This document shows positions 53,393 to 62,912 of a stretch of DNA of 64,000 nt, piece after piece. How positions within the stretch are numbered: position 1 is the first letter of the stretch; the number at the start of each line of letters is the position of its first letter. Below the pieces are notes generated by a model. The model searched no databases, was not told where the DNA came from, and saw only the letters and a program-made list of their open reading frames with translations. The DNA lies in IMG/VR virus record IMGVR_UViG_3300033146_004128, positions 32,001 through 96,000 of that record, one strand, 5' to 3'. Origin of the DNA: a virus. The position numbers were made by a program, and so were the translations under genes.

Positions 53393-53995
53393 ATGGCAGG
53401 TGCGTTATGGAAAAAAGAGGTCGTTATACGTCAGAACTCAACAATAGGAATAGTGGCAGCTCAGAACTGGACAAAAAATTGGCTTGCTAGCTTCCAAGAT
53501 AATCCAGTAAACATTGATGAAAATGGAGACTACATAGATCACTTCTTTGGAGATCTCTTTGATGCAAGAACCGGAAACTTGTATAGGATATTCTCAGATG
53601 CTGCAGGCGTTAAATATAGCATGCCAAATGTAATCTTTGACGTACTTATAACTTCTAAGTTTGTGCCATGGGATAGCGTAAGTGATAATCCCGATCTTGC
53701 CACCGATGAAGACTTTCTTATTACTAGAGGTGGTGTTGCTGATGTAATAGATGAGTTTATTAGTGAGGCAAAGATAATCAATGATGGTGGGATAATCAAC
53801 AATAATAAAATAACCCTGTCGAATACTCCAGTAGGAGGTATAATTGGGGGGACATGTAGGATCAAGATAGGAGCAGTAAATGTGTTCGACGAGGTTGACT
53901 GTGTAGCCAATGGGAATATCCTTACTGTGCTTCCTGATCAAGGTGTAGACTACGAGGGAGAAATGTGTCTTGTCAGCTATCTAATTAACACATAG
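53393..53995 (+). CDS. hypothetical structural protein
   Basis: 200 aa; AGGAG SD; TGGCATAAT at 53359-53367. Confidence 0.8.
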   Translation: MAGALWKKEVVIRQNSTIGIVAAQNWTKNWLASFQDNPVNIDENGDYIDHFFGDLFDARTGNLYRIFSDAAGVKYSMPNVIFDVLITSKFVPWDSVSDNPDLATDEDFLITRGGVADVIDEFISEAKIINDGGIINNNKITLSNTPVGGIIGGTCRIKIGAVNVFDEVDCVANGNILTVLPDQGVDYEGEMCLVSYLINT

Positions 53996-54014
53996 TGCTT
54001 TTTGGACAACACTA

Positions 54015-54023
54015 TGCTATAAT
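54015..54023 (+). promoter_or_regulatory. extended -10 TGCTATAAT
   Basis: Intergenic, upstream of 54050. Confidence 0.7.
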
Positions 54024-54049
54024 AAAATAAAATTTTTAAGGAAGAAGAT

Positions 54050-54751
54050 ATGTTGAGAGATGCAATTTCTGGCCAAGAATACGATAAAGAGGCTATCTTG
54101 GGAGGAGCACTGCTTGCCGGCGGTAAAATGATAAAGTCTCTCGGTAGTGGAATAGGCAAGTTAGGGTCTGGTAAAATTTCAAAAGTTGGAAAAAATATGA
54201 AGTCTTGGGCCACTAATAGGAATAAGGCACTACAGACGAGAATGACCAAGACAGATAACCTCATCAAGAAGAATGGATTAGAGAACAATCTTGGCGTTGG
54301 TGGAAGCATAGGTAAGAGTCTACTTAGACACACAAAGCAGAGTGGAGGTTTTGTAAGTTCAAAACTTAACTCTCTGGGAAAAACTCTCATTAACAGACGT
54401 AGTGTAAAAATAAAGGCTAAAAAGACTGGTCCGTATGATCTGAATGACATCAATACAAAAGGACCTACCAGTGGTGGAGGTTCTGGAACCACAACTACGA
54501 CCTCAAGCACAACAAGTAGCACAGGTGCACAGCATGGGCCAAGAACACCTCAAGAAGAAATAGACTTCCTTAAAAATAAAAATAAAAAGCTAAAAAAGAA
54601 GAGCAAGAACAACTCTTTGCTTGATGCATACAAGACTACAAAGCTACATAAAAACTACGGGAACACCCCTCTTTACGCAGCCGGTGGCGTTGCTGCTTAT
54701 GCTGCAGGTGGAGGATTGGGCGGTGGTCCAACCGTAGTTAACAACGGATAA
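54050..54751 (+). CDS. basic Gly-rich protein with N-terminal K-x-A motif
   Basis: EYDKEA followed by ILGGALLAGGKMIKSLGSGIGKLG amphipathic segment. Confidence 0.8.
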   Translation: MLRDAISGQEYDKEAILGGALLAGGKMIKSLGSGIGKLGSGKISKVGKNMKSWATNRNKALQTRMTKTDNLIKKNGLENNLGVGGSIGKSLLRHTKQSGGFVSSKLNSLGKTLINRRSVKIKAKKTGPYDLNDINTKGPTSGGGSGTTTTTSSTTSSTGAQHGPRTPQEEIDFLKNKNKKLKKKSKNNSLLDAYKTTKLHKNYGNTPLYAAGGVAAYAAGGGLGGGPTVVNNG

Positions 54752-54760
54752 GGACATATC

Positions 54761-55207
54761 ATGGTTGACCCAGACAAAGTAAGAGCATATATACGAGACA
54801 GGAAAGAGCTAAACGTTCTACTGAACAATAAAGAGCAGTTTGATGATGACGAGATAGAGATATTTGATATGGACACAAGAGAAGAGCTTGTCCTTATGAT
54901 ACCTGCTCTTAAGTCTCAGATAGGGTCAATTAGCGATCTGATAATACTTAACGGTATAATCGCAAAACTCATGGAAGCTGTTGCTCAGCAAGAGAACAGA
55001 AACCAAATGACAGTCGGTGATGACAACGTGGGACAGATAGATTTCTCAAATAAAGCAGACAAGTATTTATCCTTGTCTCAAGCATATTACAACAAGATGA
55101 TGAGACTTGCTACAAATGCGGCAGCTTCATCATTCTACAATGATGCCTGGGGAAGTGTAAATATGGGTTCTGGGGACTATGAGTTCTACTTAGGAAGCTC
55201 TGACTAA
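54761..55207 (+). CDS. hypothetical protein (possible head-tail adaptor)
   Basis: 148-aa helical protein; size and position only. Confidence 0.5.
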   Translation: MVDPDKVRAYIRDRKELNVLLNNKEQFDDDEIEIFDMDTREELVLMIPALKSQIGSISDLIILNGIIAKLMEAVAQQENRNQMTVGDDNVGQIDFSNKADKYLSLSQAYYNKMMRLATNAAASSFYNDAWGSVNMGSGDYEFYLGSSD

Positions 55208-55725
55208 TGAGTGATATAGTACGAGAGAGTGTCGTAGTTACACCTATATCGTCAGAGAGAATGGACGTTACTGGTGCTGTTCATAGATACAACTTCGGAT
55301 GGATAAAAATACATAGGGTAGTTGGTGGTGATCCTGGGGATGGAGAGGTTATAGAATCTACATCTACAGGAATATCAGGGATGTCAAGAGTGTTTGACGA
55401 AAATGTAACAGAGGAGATCCTACCGCCTAGCCTGGAAACACCAGATGTGACAGGATCGGTATCAGCAACAGGGATATCGGTTTCTACGTTTTACAAGATA
55501 GGAATAAAAAAGAGAGCGATAGTAAGAACACGAGCTGCTGCTCCGGCAGAGCTTATTATTCTTGGGGCACTGCCGTTTTCTATAATGGAAGATAAATTGT
55601 ATGCAGATGCAATAGGAAATGGAAGCGAAGCTCCTACTCCCGAAGGGGGGCCAGAGTCCGCAGATGGCGGAGTAACAATAACTGCAGCGAATGGCGTAAT
55701 AACAACAACAAAAATAAAAGGCTAA
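55207..55725 (+). CDS. hypothetical structural protein
   Basis: 172 aa, TAATG coupling. Confidence 0.75.
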   Translation: MSDIVRESVVVTPISSERMDVTGAVHRYNFGWIKIHRVVGGDPGDGEVIESTSTGISGMSRVFDENVTEEILPPSLETPDVTGSVSATGISVSTFYKIGIKKRAIVRTRAAAPAELIILGALPFSIMEDKLYADAIGNGSEAPTPEGGPESADGGVTITAANGVITTTKIKG

Positions 55726-55727
55726 AT

Positions 55728-58541
55728 ATGTATTTCAATTTACAAGGCAAAAAATTTAACGAATCAAGACTTAAGTGTATAGTTGACAAGACAAGATACT
55801 ACTGGCCACTAGACTATCACCTGAGTGGGCAATTCAGTACTGCAATCACAGGGCATAGAACAAAGTTCGAAGAGGTTGACGGAGTACACGCTCTGCATTT
55901 GGAAGCAGCAACATACGCATATCTTAATTCTTATGTTGGATTATTTATGTATGGTGCTGGCTGTGCGTACGGAGTGATGCGTGATGATGGGAATAGTGAT
56001 ACCGAGATGAGACTATTTGCAATTACACATGATTACAGATGGGGAGATGATGCAACTAAATTATCAGTAACTCTTCTTCCTGGAGACAGAAATGTGTTTA
56101 GAGTAAGAGCAAATGTAGATGGGGTAATGAAAAGTGTAGATACTATTGTTGAAAATTTTGACTCGAATAAGTGGTTTGAGTTGGCAGTTCAGTTTGAAGG
56201 AACAAGAGTAGAGCTACGCATCAATAACAAATCAGTAATGAATCATGATTTTGGACCTGGGGATCTACCAGCTACGTCATATTGTTACTTTGGAGGCAGA
56301 GAAAACTATAATGGTTTTTATTTGAGAGAGGTGTCCTTATTCCCGGAGATATTAAATGATGAAGAAATGGATACTCTACATGAATATAAAAATAAAATCA
56401 TAGATGAAGAGTTTAAAACCGATGATAGGTACGCAATGCTACCCGAAGGAAGAGTTCTTAGAGCTTACCCTTTTCAAAAAAATTCAAGAGACATGATAAC
56501 TGGGGATTATCTTACCTACGAAGGTAGCCTAAGCGGCTTTGTTGTTGATACAAAATACTGTAGATTTAACGGCGGCAAAATGGCCGTCAAGAACCTACCA
56601 ATAAATGACGACACAGAAGCTGTAACAATCTCGATGAGTCTAGGAAACCTATACAGGGGAGCATTATTTGGTATAGGCTCTCAGTATCTATACTTTAATT
56701 ATAATTACTATTTTGGGTTTAGTACCGGGAAAGGCGACGTGTATGGAGTAGCTCCTAACCCTATATATTACAAGAATTCCCATATAATAGTAGTGTTTAG
56801 GAAGGGAAGCTATGGCGATATCTATGTAGATGGAATAAAGCAGGAGTTGACGCACAAGGGGGCGATACCAGACTCAATAGTAAACACACTCGGCAACGAA
56901 CTAGTTGTGAATGGAAGAATTGGAACAACATCAGACAGTTCGTATGTTAATGCATACAATATGAAGATCATAGAAGGAGAGGTTACGGACGAAGAGGCAA
57001 TGGATCTCTTTAAGGAAGAGTGGCCAGAGAATAGAGAAGTTGGAAGTTACGTGAAGGCTATTCAAGGAGGCGAACTTGAATGTGGGGACTATACTGAAAA
57101 AGGATGCATTACCGCATCTACAGCATCTTCTGATATTGGGTTCTGGTCAAAGCATATTTTGGAAAAGGTAAAGAGTCATCCGTTTGCAGAATCAACAGCA
57201 GTAGATATTGTTAATGAGAAGGTATTCCAGATACTAAATGAGGTTTCTGACGGATCATCAATATTCAGTCTTGACATAGATGCACTCCCTGAGTTTATGT
57301 ACAGTATACATAATGGAGAGGCGGCACTAGTATCTTCTGAAGCAACACTTACCTATCTTAACAGCAGAAACGATATAAATATGGATAGTGTAAGATCAAT
57401 ATATGCAAGAATAGCGATAGATGACAATACTGTATTTGGATTTGGATCTTCATACCCTCGTGTACTGATAAAGAATAAAGTGATCATAATAGAGTGGGAC
57501 GATAGTGAATACCACAGGACAGCATATCCTATAAGTGGAGTCACGGATGGAGACTGGGCAGATGTAACAATAGTTTTCTCTGTGACAGGAGTAGATCATG
57601 ATAGAGTAGTTGTTAACGGTGACACAATATATAGGGATTATTCTCTATATGCAGAACAGCTAGCATTGCTCCTAAAAGAAAGATCCGGGAAGATCGATAT
57701 TGGATCATGCAAAGTAGGCTCTGAAGAATATGTTCCTAACGCAAGAATATCAAGACTTGAAATATTCTGTACCGGGATGGGTCTCAAGAATATAGAGAAT
57801 ATAGTGTCAGGACTAGAATATAATCACGGAATGAGCAAAGATTTGATACCTGAAAGCAAGATATATATGGATGGAGAAAATATATTTGGAATGTTCAAAG
57901 GGCTTCTACTTCTTCCATATTCGTCAAGAAATAGTCCGTACTGGGAACATGAGCCAGTTGAAGCAATAGCGGGAGAGATACCTGTCCTTGCAGGAATACG
58001 TGCCTTTGATAGACCAAATAAGATAAGAGATATTTCGATAGGGAAAGCTACATTAAATGGTGCATATCGCAAGGTTAACCCACACATTGGGAACTATGCA
58101 ATAACTGGAAACTATGGCGGTAGCATTTCTATTACGGAAAACAATCTTACCCCAAATAAAGATGTGTATGTATATATGGACTTAATAATTTGTGAGTATT
58201 TCTATCTCTATAATTTAACAGTCAGAGTGACTGTAGGCACAAGAAGTTTTGTTATAGAGCCTCCAGTATATAATGGCTATGGTATCGATAATATCGATAG
58301 CCTTCTTAGAACAATAGACGAGGTAGTAGATGTCAAGCCAACACCTATAAATTTAGAAAACTCCGGAAGATATTATGAAGTTGGAGAGATGATAGTCACA
58401 CTTAAAGTAAAGGCAAATACAGGACCAGACGGAAATGTGTATATGCAGACAAAGCTAATATCTGGAAAAACTGAATACTATGGTGCCATAGGACTATCTA
58501 ATGTGTCAGTATGCGACATAGAAGATCCACAGCAGAAATAG
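55728..58541 (+). CDS. LamG/concanavalin-A-like domain protein (about three domains), putative receptor-binding protein
   Basis: Three W/H.x.V.F...YVDG/ING...+GG...I.E+.IF...L...E patterns. Confidence 0.7.
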   Translation: MYFNLQGKKFNESRLKCIVDKTRYYWPLDYHLSGQFSTAITGHRTKFEEVDGVHALHLEAATYAYLNSYVGLFMYGAGCAYGVMRDDGNSDTEMRLFAITHDYRWGDDATKLSVTLLPGDRNVFRVRANVDGVMKSVDTIVENFDSNKWFELAVQFEGTRVELRINNKSVMNHDFGPGDLPATSYCYFGGRENYNGFYLREVSLFPEILNDEEMDTLHEYKNKIIDEEFKTDDRYAMLPEGRVLRAYPFQKNSRDMITGDYLTYEGSLSGFVVDTKYCRFNGGKMAVKNLPINDDTEAVTISMSLGNLYRGALFGIGSQYLYFNYNYYFGFSTGKGDVYGVAPNPIYYKNSHIIVVFRKGSYGDIYVDGIKQELTHKGAIPDSIVNTLGNELVVNGRIGTTSDSSYVNAYNMKIIEGEVTDEEAMDLFKEEWPENREVGSYVKAIQGGELECGDYTEKGCITASTASSDIGFWSKHILEKVKSHPFAESTAVDIVNEKVFQILNEVSDGSSIFSLDIDALPEFMYSIHNGEAALVSSEATLTYLNSRNDINMDSVRSIYARIAIDDNTVFGFGSSYPRVLIKNKVIIIEWDDSEYHRTAYPISGVTDGDWADVTIVFSVTGVDHDRVVVNGDTIYRDYSLYAEQLALLLKERSGKIDIGSCKVGSEEYVPNARISRLEIFCTGMGLKNIENIVSGLEYNHGMSKDLIPESKIYMDGENIFGMFKGLLLLPYSSRNSPYWEHEPVEAIAGEIPVLAGIRAFDRPNKIRDISIGKATLNGAYRKVNPHIGNYAITGNYGGSISITENNLTPNKDVYVYMDLIICEYFYLYNLTVRVTVGTRSFVIEPPVYNGYGIDNIDSLLRTIDEVVDVKPTPINLENSGRYYEVGEMIVTLKVKANTGPDGNVYMQTKLISGKTEYYGAIGLSNVSVCDIEDPQQK

Positions 58542-58547
58542 TTTCTG

Positions 58548-58556
58548 TGCTATAAT
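58548..58556 (+). promoter_or_regulatory. extended -10 TGCTATAAT upstream of the RNA polymerase gene
   Basis: 22 nt before ATG 58579, AGGA SD follows. Confidence 0.7.
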
Positions 58557-58578
58557 ATGATAAAAATAGGATATATTT

Positions 58579-61500
58579 ATGACAAGTCTTAACAGGGATC
58601 ACAATGAGATAAATGAAGCTATTCACAATGAGATAGTTAAGGCTTTCGAGGGAAGAAAGGTAGAGGGAAAGACAAAGACTCTTGAGTACTCCAATGTGAC
58701 AGGAGCAAAAGCAGACATGTCATACCGAAAGCTAACAGATGCAATAAACTCAGGTGGAACAATAGCTAGAAAATATAAAGCTGATGTTACGATAAGAGAT
58801 AACGAGACCGGTAAAGTACTTGATAAGAAGAGTGGTGTACATATAGGGGAGACTCCAATTTACACAAAGAAGGGTGGGTTGGTTGTTGACGGGAATACAT
58901 ACAACCTTCCTAGCCAGATAAGACTTAAGCCTGGTGCGTATACTCTCAACAAGGCAAATGGCGATGTTGAGACTATGATGAACGTAAAGAACGGAAGAGG
59001 TATGAAGCTTGTATCTCCTCAGGACAAAGATGATGTAAAATTGCAGATAGGTTCAAGACAGTTTAATCCTCTTGATGTCGCAAAGATACTTGGTGCAACG
59101 GATAAGGAATTGTCATCAAACATAGGTAAAGATGTTGCTGCTCACTTAAATAAGAAGTCGAATGTTGAAGGAACAGCACTTAAGCTATCTCAGACCCTTG
59201 GGCTTGTCGGTCCAGACATAACACCTCCACACAAAGAAGTGATATCAAATCTACGAGATTATTTTGGAAAGACTGAGCTAGATACAAGCGTAACTACTCA
59301 TACACTTGGAAGGGCAATAGATAAGATTGATAAAGATGCGATAATGCTTGGTATCAAAAGGAATGTTGCTGTCAAGAGAGGGACAGAAGAGGAAGATGAC
59401 AAAGAAAACCTAATGTTCAAGAAGATTATCCCTCCAGAGAAACTTATGGTAGAGGGTGTAAAGAGGGACCTAATGAAGCCAGAGGCAAGAATGAAAGGTC
59501 TTCTGAATAACCCATTTAACCATGCAAGCATAACAGAGGTTCTTTCTGAGCCTACATTGAAGCATGCAGCAAAGAAGTTTGTGACAACAAGTGCGATCTC
59601 AAGAATGCCTGAAGAGTACAATCCATTACATACATTGCAAGGGAGTAGTGATATAACTCCATTGGGAGAAGGCGGTATAACATCTACCGAGATGATAACA
59701 CCATCTGTAAGGTCACTACACCTATCACAGCTTGGATTTATAGACCCTATAAAGTCTCCAGAGGGTGCAAACACTGGAGTCACATTAAGTACGACTCACG
59801 GGGCTTATATAGACGACAAGGGTAATGCTGCCATGAAGGTTAAGAACTTAAAGTCTGGGAAGATTGAGACAAAGACTGTGGCAGACCTATGGGACAAGAA
59901 GATAGCGTTCCCTGATCCAAACAAAAAAGGAGAGGTTGGCATAAGACACAAGAGCGATATCAGTGTAGGCAAGATGAAAGATGCTGACTATCAGATAACG
60001 CACTCTGAGAATATGTATGGGCCGGCTATGAACTCTCTTGGAATAATAAGTTCAAATGACCCAACCAGAAACCTTATGGCATCAAAGCATGTCATGCAAG
60101 CACTTCCTCTTGTTGATGGCGATGCTAACCCGGTAAGTCTGCTTGGAGCAAATGGAAAGAGTATGCTAGCAAACATAGCATCGAAGCACTTGCCTACTGC
60201 GAGTGTTTCCGGGACTGTTACAAGGGTTGATACTAGAGCTGGGAAGATACACTATAAAGATTCGTCTGGAAAAGAACACAACAGTGACTACGCTATATCT
60301 CCAATGCAATTAAATACAAAGACTTTCATACAGCATTCTCCTATAGTTAAAGCAGGAGACAAAGTAGAGGCAGGACAGGCTCTCGCTGATTCAAACTTCT
60401 CTAAGGGTGGAGAATTGGCCATAGGAAAGAATCTTAGAACAGCATGGATGATGTACCCAGGTACAAGAAATGATGCATTCGTATTGTCTGAGTCTGCAGC
60501 TAAAAAGATGACATCGGTACACTCTTCAAAGTTTGATATAGATGGGACAAAAGGTACGATACTGGATAAGAAGAAGTTTGCAGCCATGTTCCCAGAGGTT
60601 GTTAAGAAGATAAGCCTTGACAAATATGATGACAGGGGGATAATTCTTCCTGGTCAGACAGTGGCTAAAGATGAACCAATCGTTCTAGGCATGAAAAAGA
60701 TGGATCCATCAGAGGTCAGATTTGCAAATGACAAAGTAAAAAAATTACTATATGGCGGAATGGCACCGGTTATGCAAAAATGGAAGGGAGACAATTCAGC
60801 AACCATATCTCATGTCACAACCAAAGGATCCCAGCATAGAGTTATTGCTCAGTACAAGGCAGAGATGAAGACTGGAGATAAGCTTGCAGGTAGATCTGGA
60901 AACAAAGGTATTATCTCAGCTGTTATCCCAGACAAGGAGATGCCTAGAGATGAGAATGGAAAGCCTATAGAGCTTATACTTGGTGGTGCTGGTGTTAACT
61001 CAAGACAGAACCCTGCTCAGATCATAGAAGCTCAACTTACGGAGGTAGCAAAGAAGACAGGGAAGAAGTACGTACTTCCTCACTACACTCATGATGATCT
61101 TCATATATTTGCAAACAACGAGGCAAAGAAGAACAATGTGAACATGTATCATGAAATATACGACCCTGTAAGAAAGACCAAATTGAAGAATAAGGTATTT
61201 GTGGCAGACTACAATGTAATGAAGTTGTTCAAGCAGGGAGAGGGGACATACTCAGCAACAGGTCATGGCCCGGTTGACTCATTGAACCAACCGAAGAAAG
61301 GAGGAAAAGAGTCTGCGGCATCGATATCTAATATGGAGATAAACTCTCTATTGTCACATGACGCAAGAGACTTCCTCAAAGAGGTTGGAACAGTAAAATC
61401 ACAGAGAAACCAAAAGTGGTTCTCTGCATTTGAGTCAGGAGCTATACCGCCTGCACCTGAGAAGAAGTCTGCTAGGGACAATTTTCATGGGCTTCTGAAC

Positions 61501-62826
61501 CAACTCAACATATCAGTGAGAGAGGACGGAACAAGTAAACACATAGTACCTCTAACGGATAAAGATATAGTAAGGAAAAGTAGTGGTAAAATTATTGAGC
61601 CGTATGGTCTTAAGCGTAATACTCTGGATGCTGTCAGTGGCGGCTTTTATGACACTAGTGTATTTGGTGGACATGGTGAAAACTTCGGTCACATAGATCT
61701 TGGATCACATATCATTAACCCTCTATACAAAAAGCCAGTGGCGGCTATGATGGGTACCACAGAAAAAGGTCTAGATAAGATGATGGAGTCAGAGGGCATA
61801 TCAAACATATACAAAAAGATAAGTGGCTCAAGACTAAAGTCAACAGTGAATAGGTTAAAGAAAGACATAGAGAAGACTAAAGATACATCAAAAATAGACA
61901 GAAGCATGAAGGCGATAAAGGCTCTAAGAAAGATAGATAGTCTTGGAGATAACCCTGCAGACGTTATGTTTATGTCAAAAGTTCCGGTATTGCCTGTGAA
62001 GATGAGACCAATATCTAAACTTCCAGACGGCAGTATTATCGAGCATGATGTAAATCATCACTATGCGAACATAATAAGGGCGTCAAATTCTTTACAGAGA
62101 GCAAATGAATCCGATACTCCGGCACCAATAAAGAACAGACTTCATAGAGAGCTACAGGACCATGTTGGGGCAATGTACGGAACAAACAAATCTCCTGATC
62201 CAAAGATGGAGAGAAAAGAGGTCAAGAGCGTAATGGATGTTGTGGCCGGCTCAAACCCAAAGACATCTTTTTGGCATCAAAAGATACTTAAGAATAAGGT
62301 TTTTGGATCAGGTAGAGCTGTAATTGTTCCACACATAAAGACTATGAATATGGACCAAGTAGAGATACCTAAGTATGTAGCATGGAAAGCGTTTGAGCCT
62401 CATATAACAAGACGCATGTCTCAGATGGGTATACCTAATGATATGGCGAAAGACATGATTGACAAGAAGAACGAGACAGCAACCAATGTTCTGCATAGCG
62501 TTATGAAGGAGGTTCCGGTTGTTATAAACAGAGCACCTGCTCTTCATAAGCACAATATGACAGGACACTACGCAAAGATATCATCCGGAAATACAATGCA
62601 TATACCTCCTGAGATAGAGAATGGTCAAAATGCAGACTACGACGGAGATCAACTTGCAGTACATGTTCCTCTTGGGCATGCTGCAATAAAGGATGTTAAG
62701 ACAAAGCTTATGGCGTCAAAGCAGTTGTTTACTGATACGTCTAAGAATGGTCTGACAATGGGAATAGACTTGGATCCTTTTATAGGATTCTATGATGCTA
62801 CAAAACATAAGAATGGTAAAAAGTAA
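58579..62826 (+). CDS. rpoBC: phage two-barrel DNA-directed RNA polymerase: beta fused to the N-terminal (catalytic) part of beta'
   Basis: Beta motifs: GETP.YT..GG..VDG, SPEGANTG, LMASKHVMQALPL, GDKLAGRSGNKG, NSRQN. Beta' motifs: FGHIDL, VPVLP..MRP, GRAVIVP, NRAPALH, NADYDGD. Confidence 0.95.
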   Translation: MTSLNRDHNEINEAIHNEIVKAFEGRKVEGKTKTLEYSNVTGAKADMSYRKLTDAINSGGTIARKYKADVTIRDNETGKVLDKKSGVHIGETPIYTKKGGLVVDGNTYNLPSQIRLKPGAYTLNKANGDVETMMNVKNGRGMKLVSPQDKDDVKLQIGSRQFNPLDVAKILGATDKELSSNIGKDVAAHLNKKSNVEGTALKLSQTLGLVGPDITPPHKEVISNLRDYFGKTELDTSVTTHTLGRAIDKIDKDAIMLGIKRNVAVKRGTEEEDDKENLMFKKIIPPEKLMVEGVKRDLMKPEARMKGLLNNPFNHASITEVLSEPTLKHAAKKFVTTSAISRMPEEYNPLHTLQGSSDITPLGEGGITSTEMITPSVRSLHLSQLGFIDPIKSPEGANTGVTLSTTHGAYIDDKGNAAMKVKNLKSGKIETKTVADLWDKKIAFPDPNKKGEVGIRHKSDISVGKMKDADYQITHSENMYGPAMNSLGIISSNDPTRNLMASKHVMQALPLVDGDANPVSLLGANGKSMLANIASKHLPTASVSGTVTRVDTRAGKIHYKDSSGKEHNSDYAISPMQLNTKTFIQHSPIVKAGDKVEAGQALADSNFSKGGELAIGKNLRTAWMMYPGTRNDAFVLSESAAKKMTSVHSSKFDIDGTKGTILDKKKFAAMFPEVVKKISLDKYDDRGIILPGQTVAKDEPIVLGMKKMDPSEVRFANDKVKKLLYGGMAPVMQKWKGDNSATISHVTTKGSQHRVIAQYKAEMKTGDKLAGRSGNKGIISAVIPDKEMPRDENGKPIELILGGAGVNSRQNPAQIIEAQLTEVAKKTGKKYVLPHYTHDDLHIFANNEAKKNNVNMYHEIYDPVRKTKLKNKVFVADYNVMKLFKQGEGTYSATGHGPVDSLNQPKKGGKESAASISNMEINSLLSHDARDFLKEVGTVKSQRNQKWFSAFESGAIPPAPEKKSARDNFHGLLNQLNISVREDGTSKHIVPLTDKDIVRKSSGKIIEPYGLKRNTLDAVSGGFYDTSVFGGHGENFGHIDLGSHIINPLYKKPVAAMMGTTEKGLDKMMESEGISNIYKKISGSRLKSTVNRLKKDIEKTKDTSKIDRSMKAIKALRKIDSLGDNPADVMFMSKVPVLPVKMRPISKLPDGSIIEHDVNHHYANIIRASNSLQRANESDTPAPIKNRLHRELQDHVGAMYGTNKSPDPKMERKEVKSVMDVVAGSNPKTSFWHQKILKNKVFGSGRAVIVPHIKTMNMDQVEIPKYVAWKAFEPHITRRMSQMGIPNDMAKDMIDKKNETATNVLHSVMKEVPVVINRAPALHKHNMTGHYAKISSGNTMHIPPEIENGQNADYDGDQLAVHVPLGHAAIKDVKTKLMASKQLFTDTSKNGLTMGIDLDPFIGFYDATKHKNGKK

Positions 62827-62912
62827 ACCGGTTAGTAAATAATGGTGTGACTATAGCGTAATCAATGTTTTTTAGATACAATGTTAAATAAACAAATTAG
62901 TGGGAGCAAAAA

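Noticed and set aside
58579-62826. Host chromosomal rpoBC (Helicobacter-type fusion), i.e. the window being bacterial DNA
   Set aside because: Half the expected length, strongly diverged motifs, no Zn finger, no rplL/rpsL context, and surrounded by phage genes
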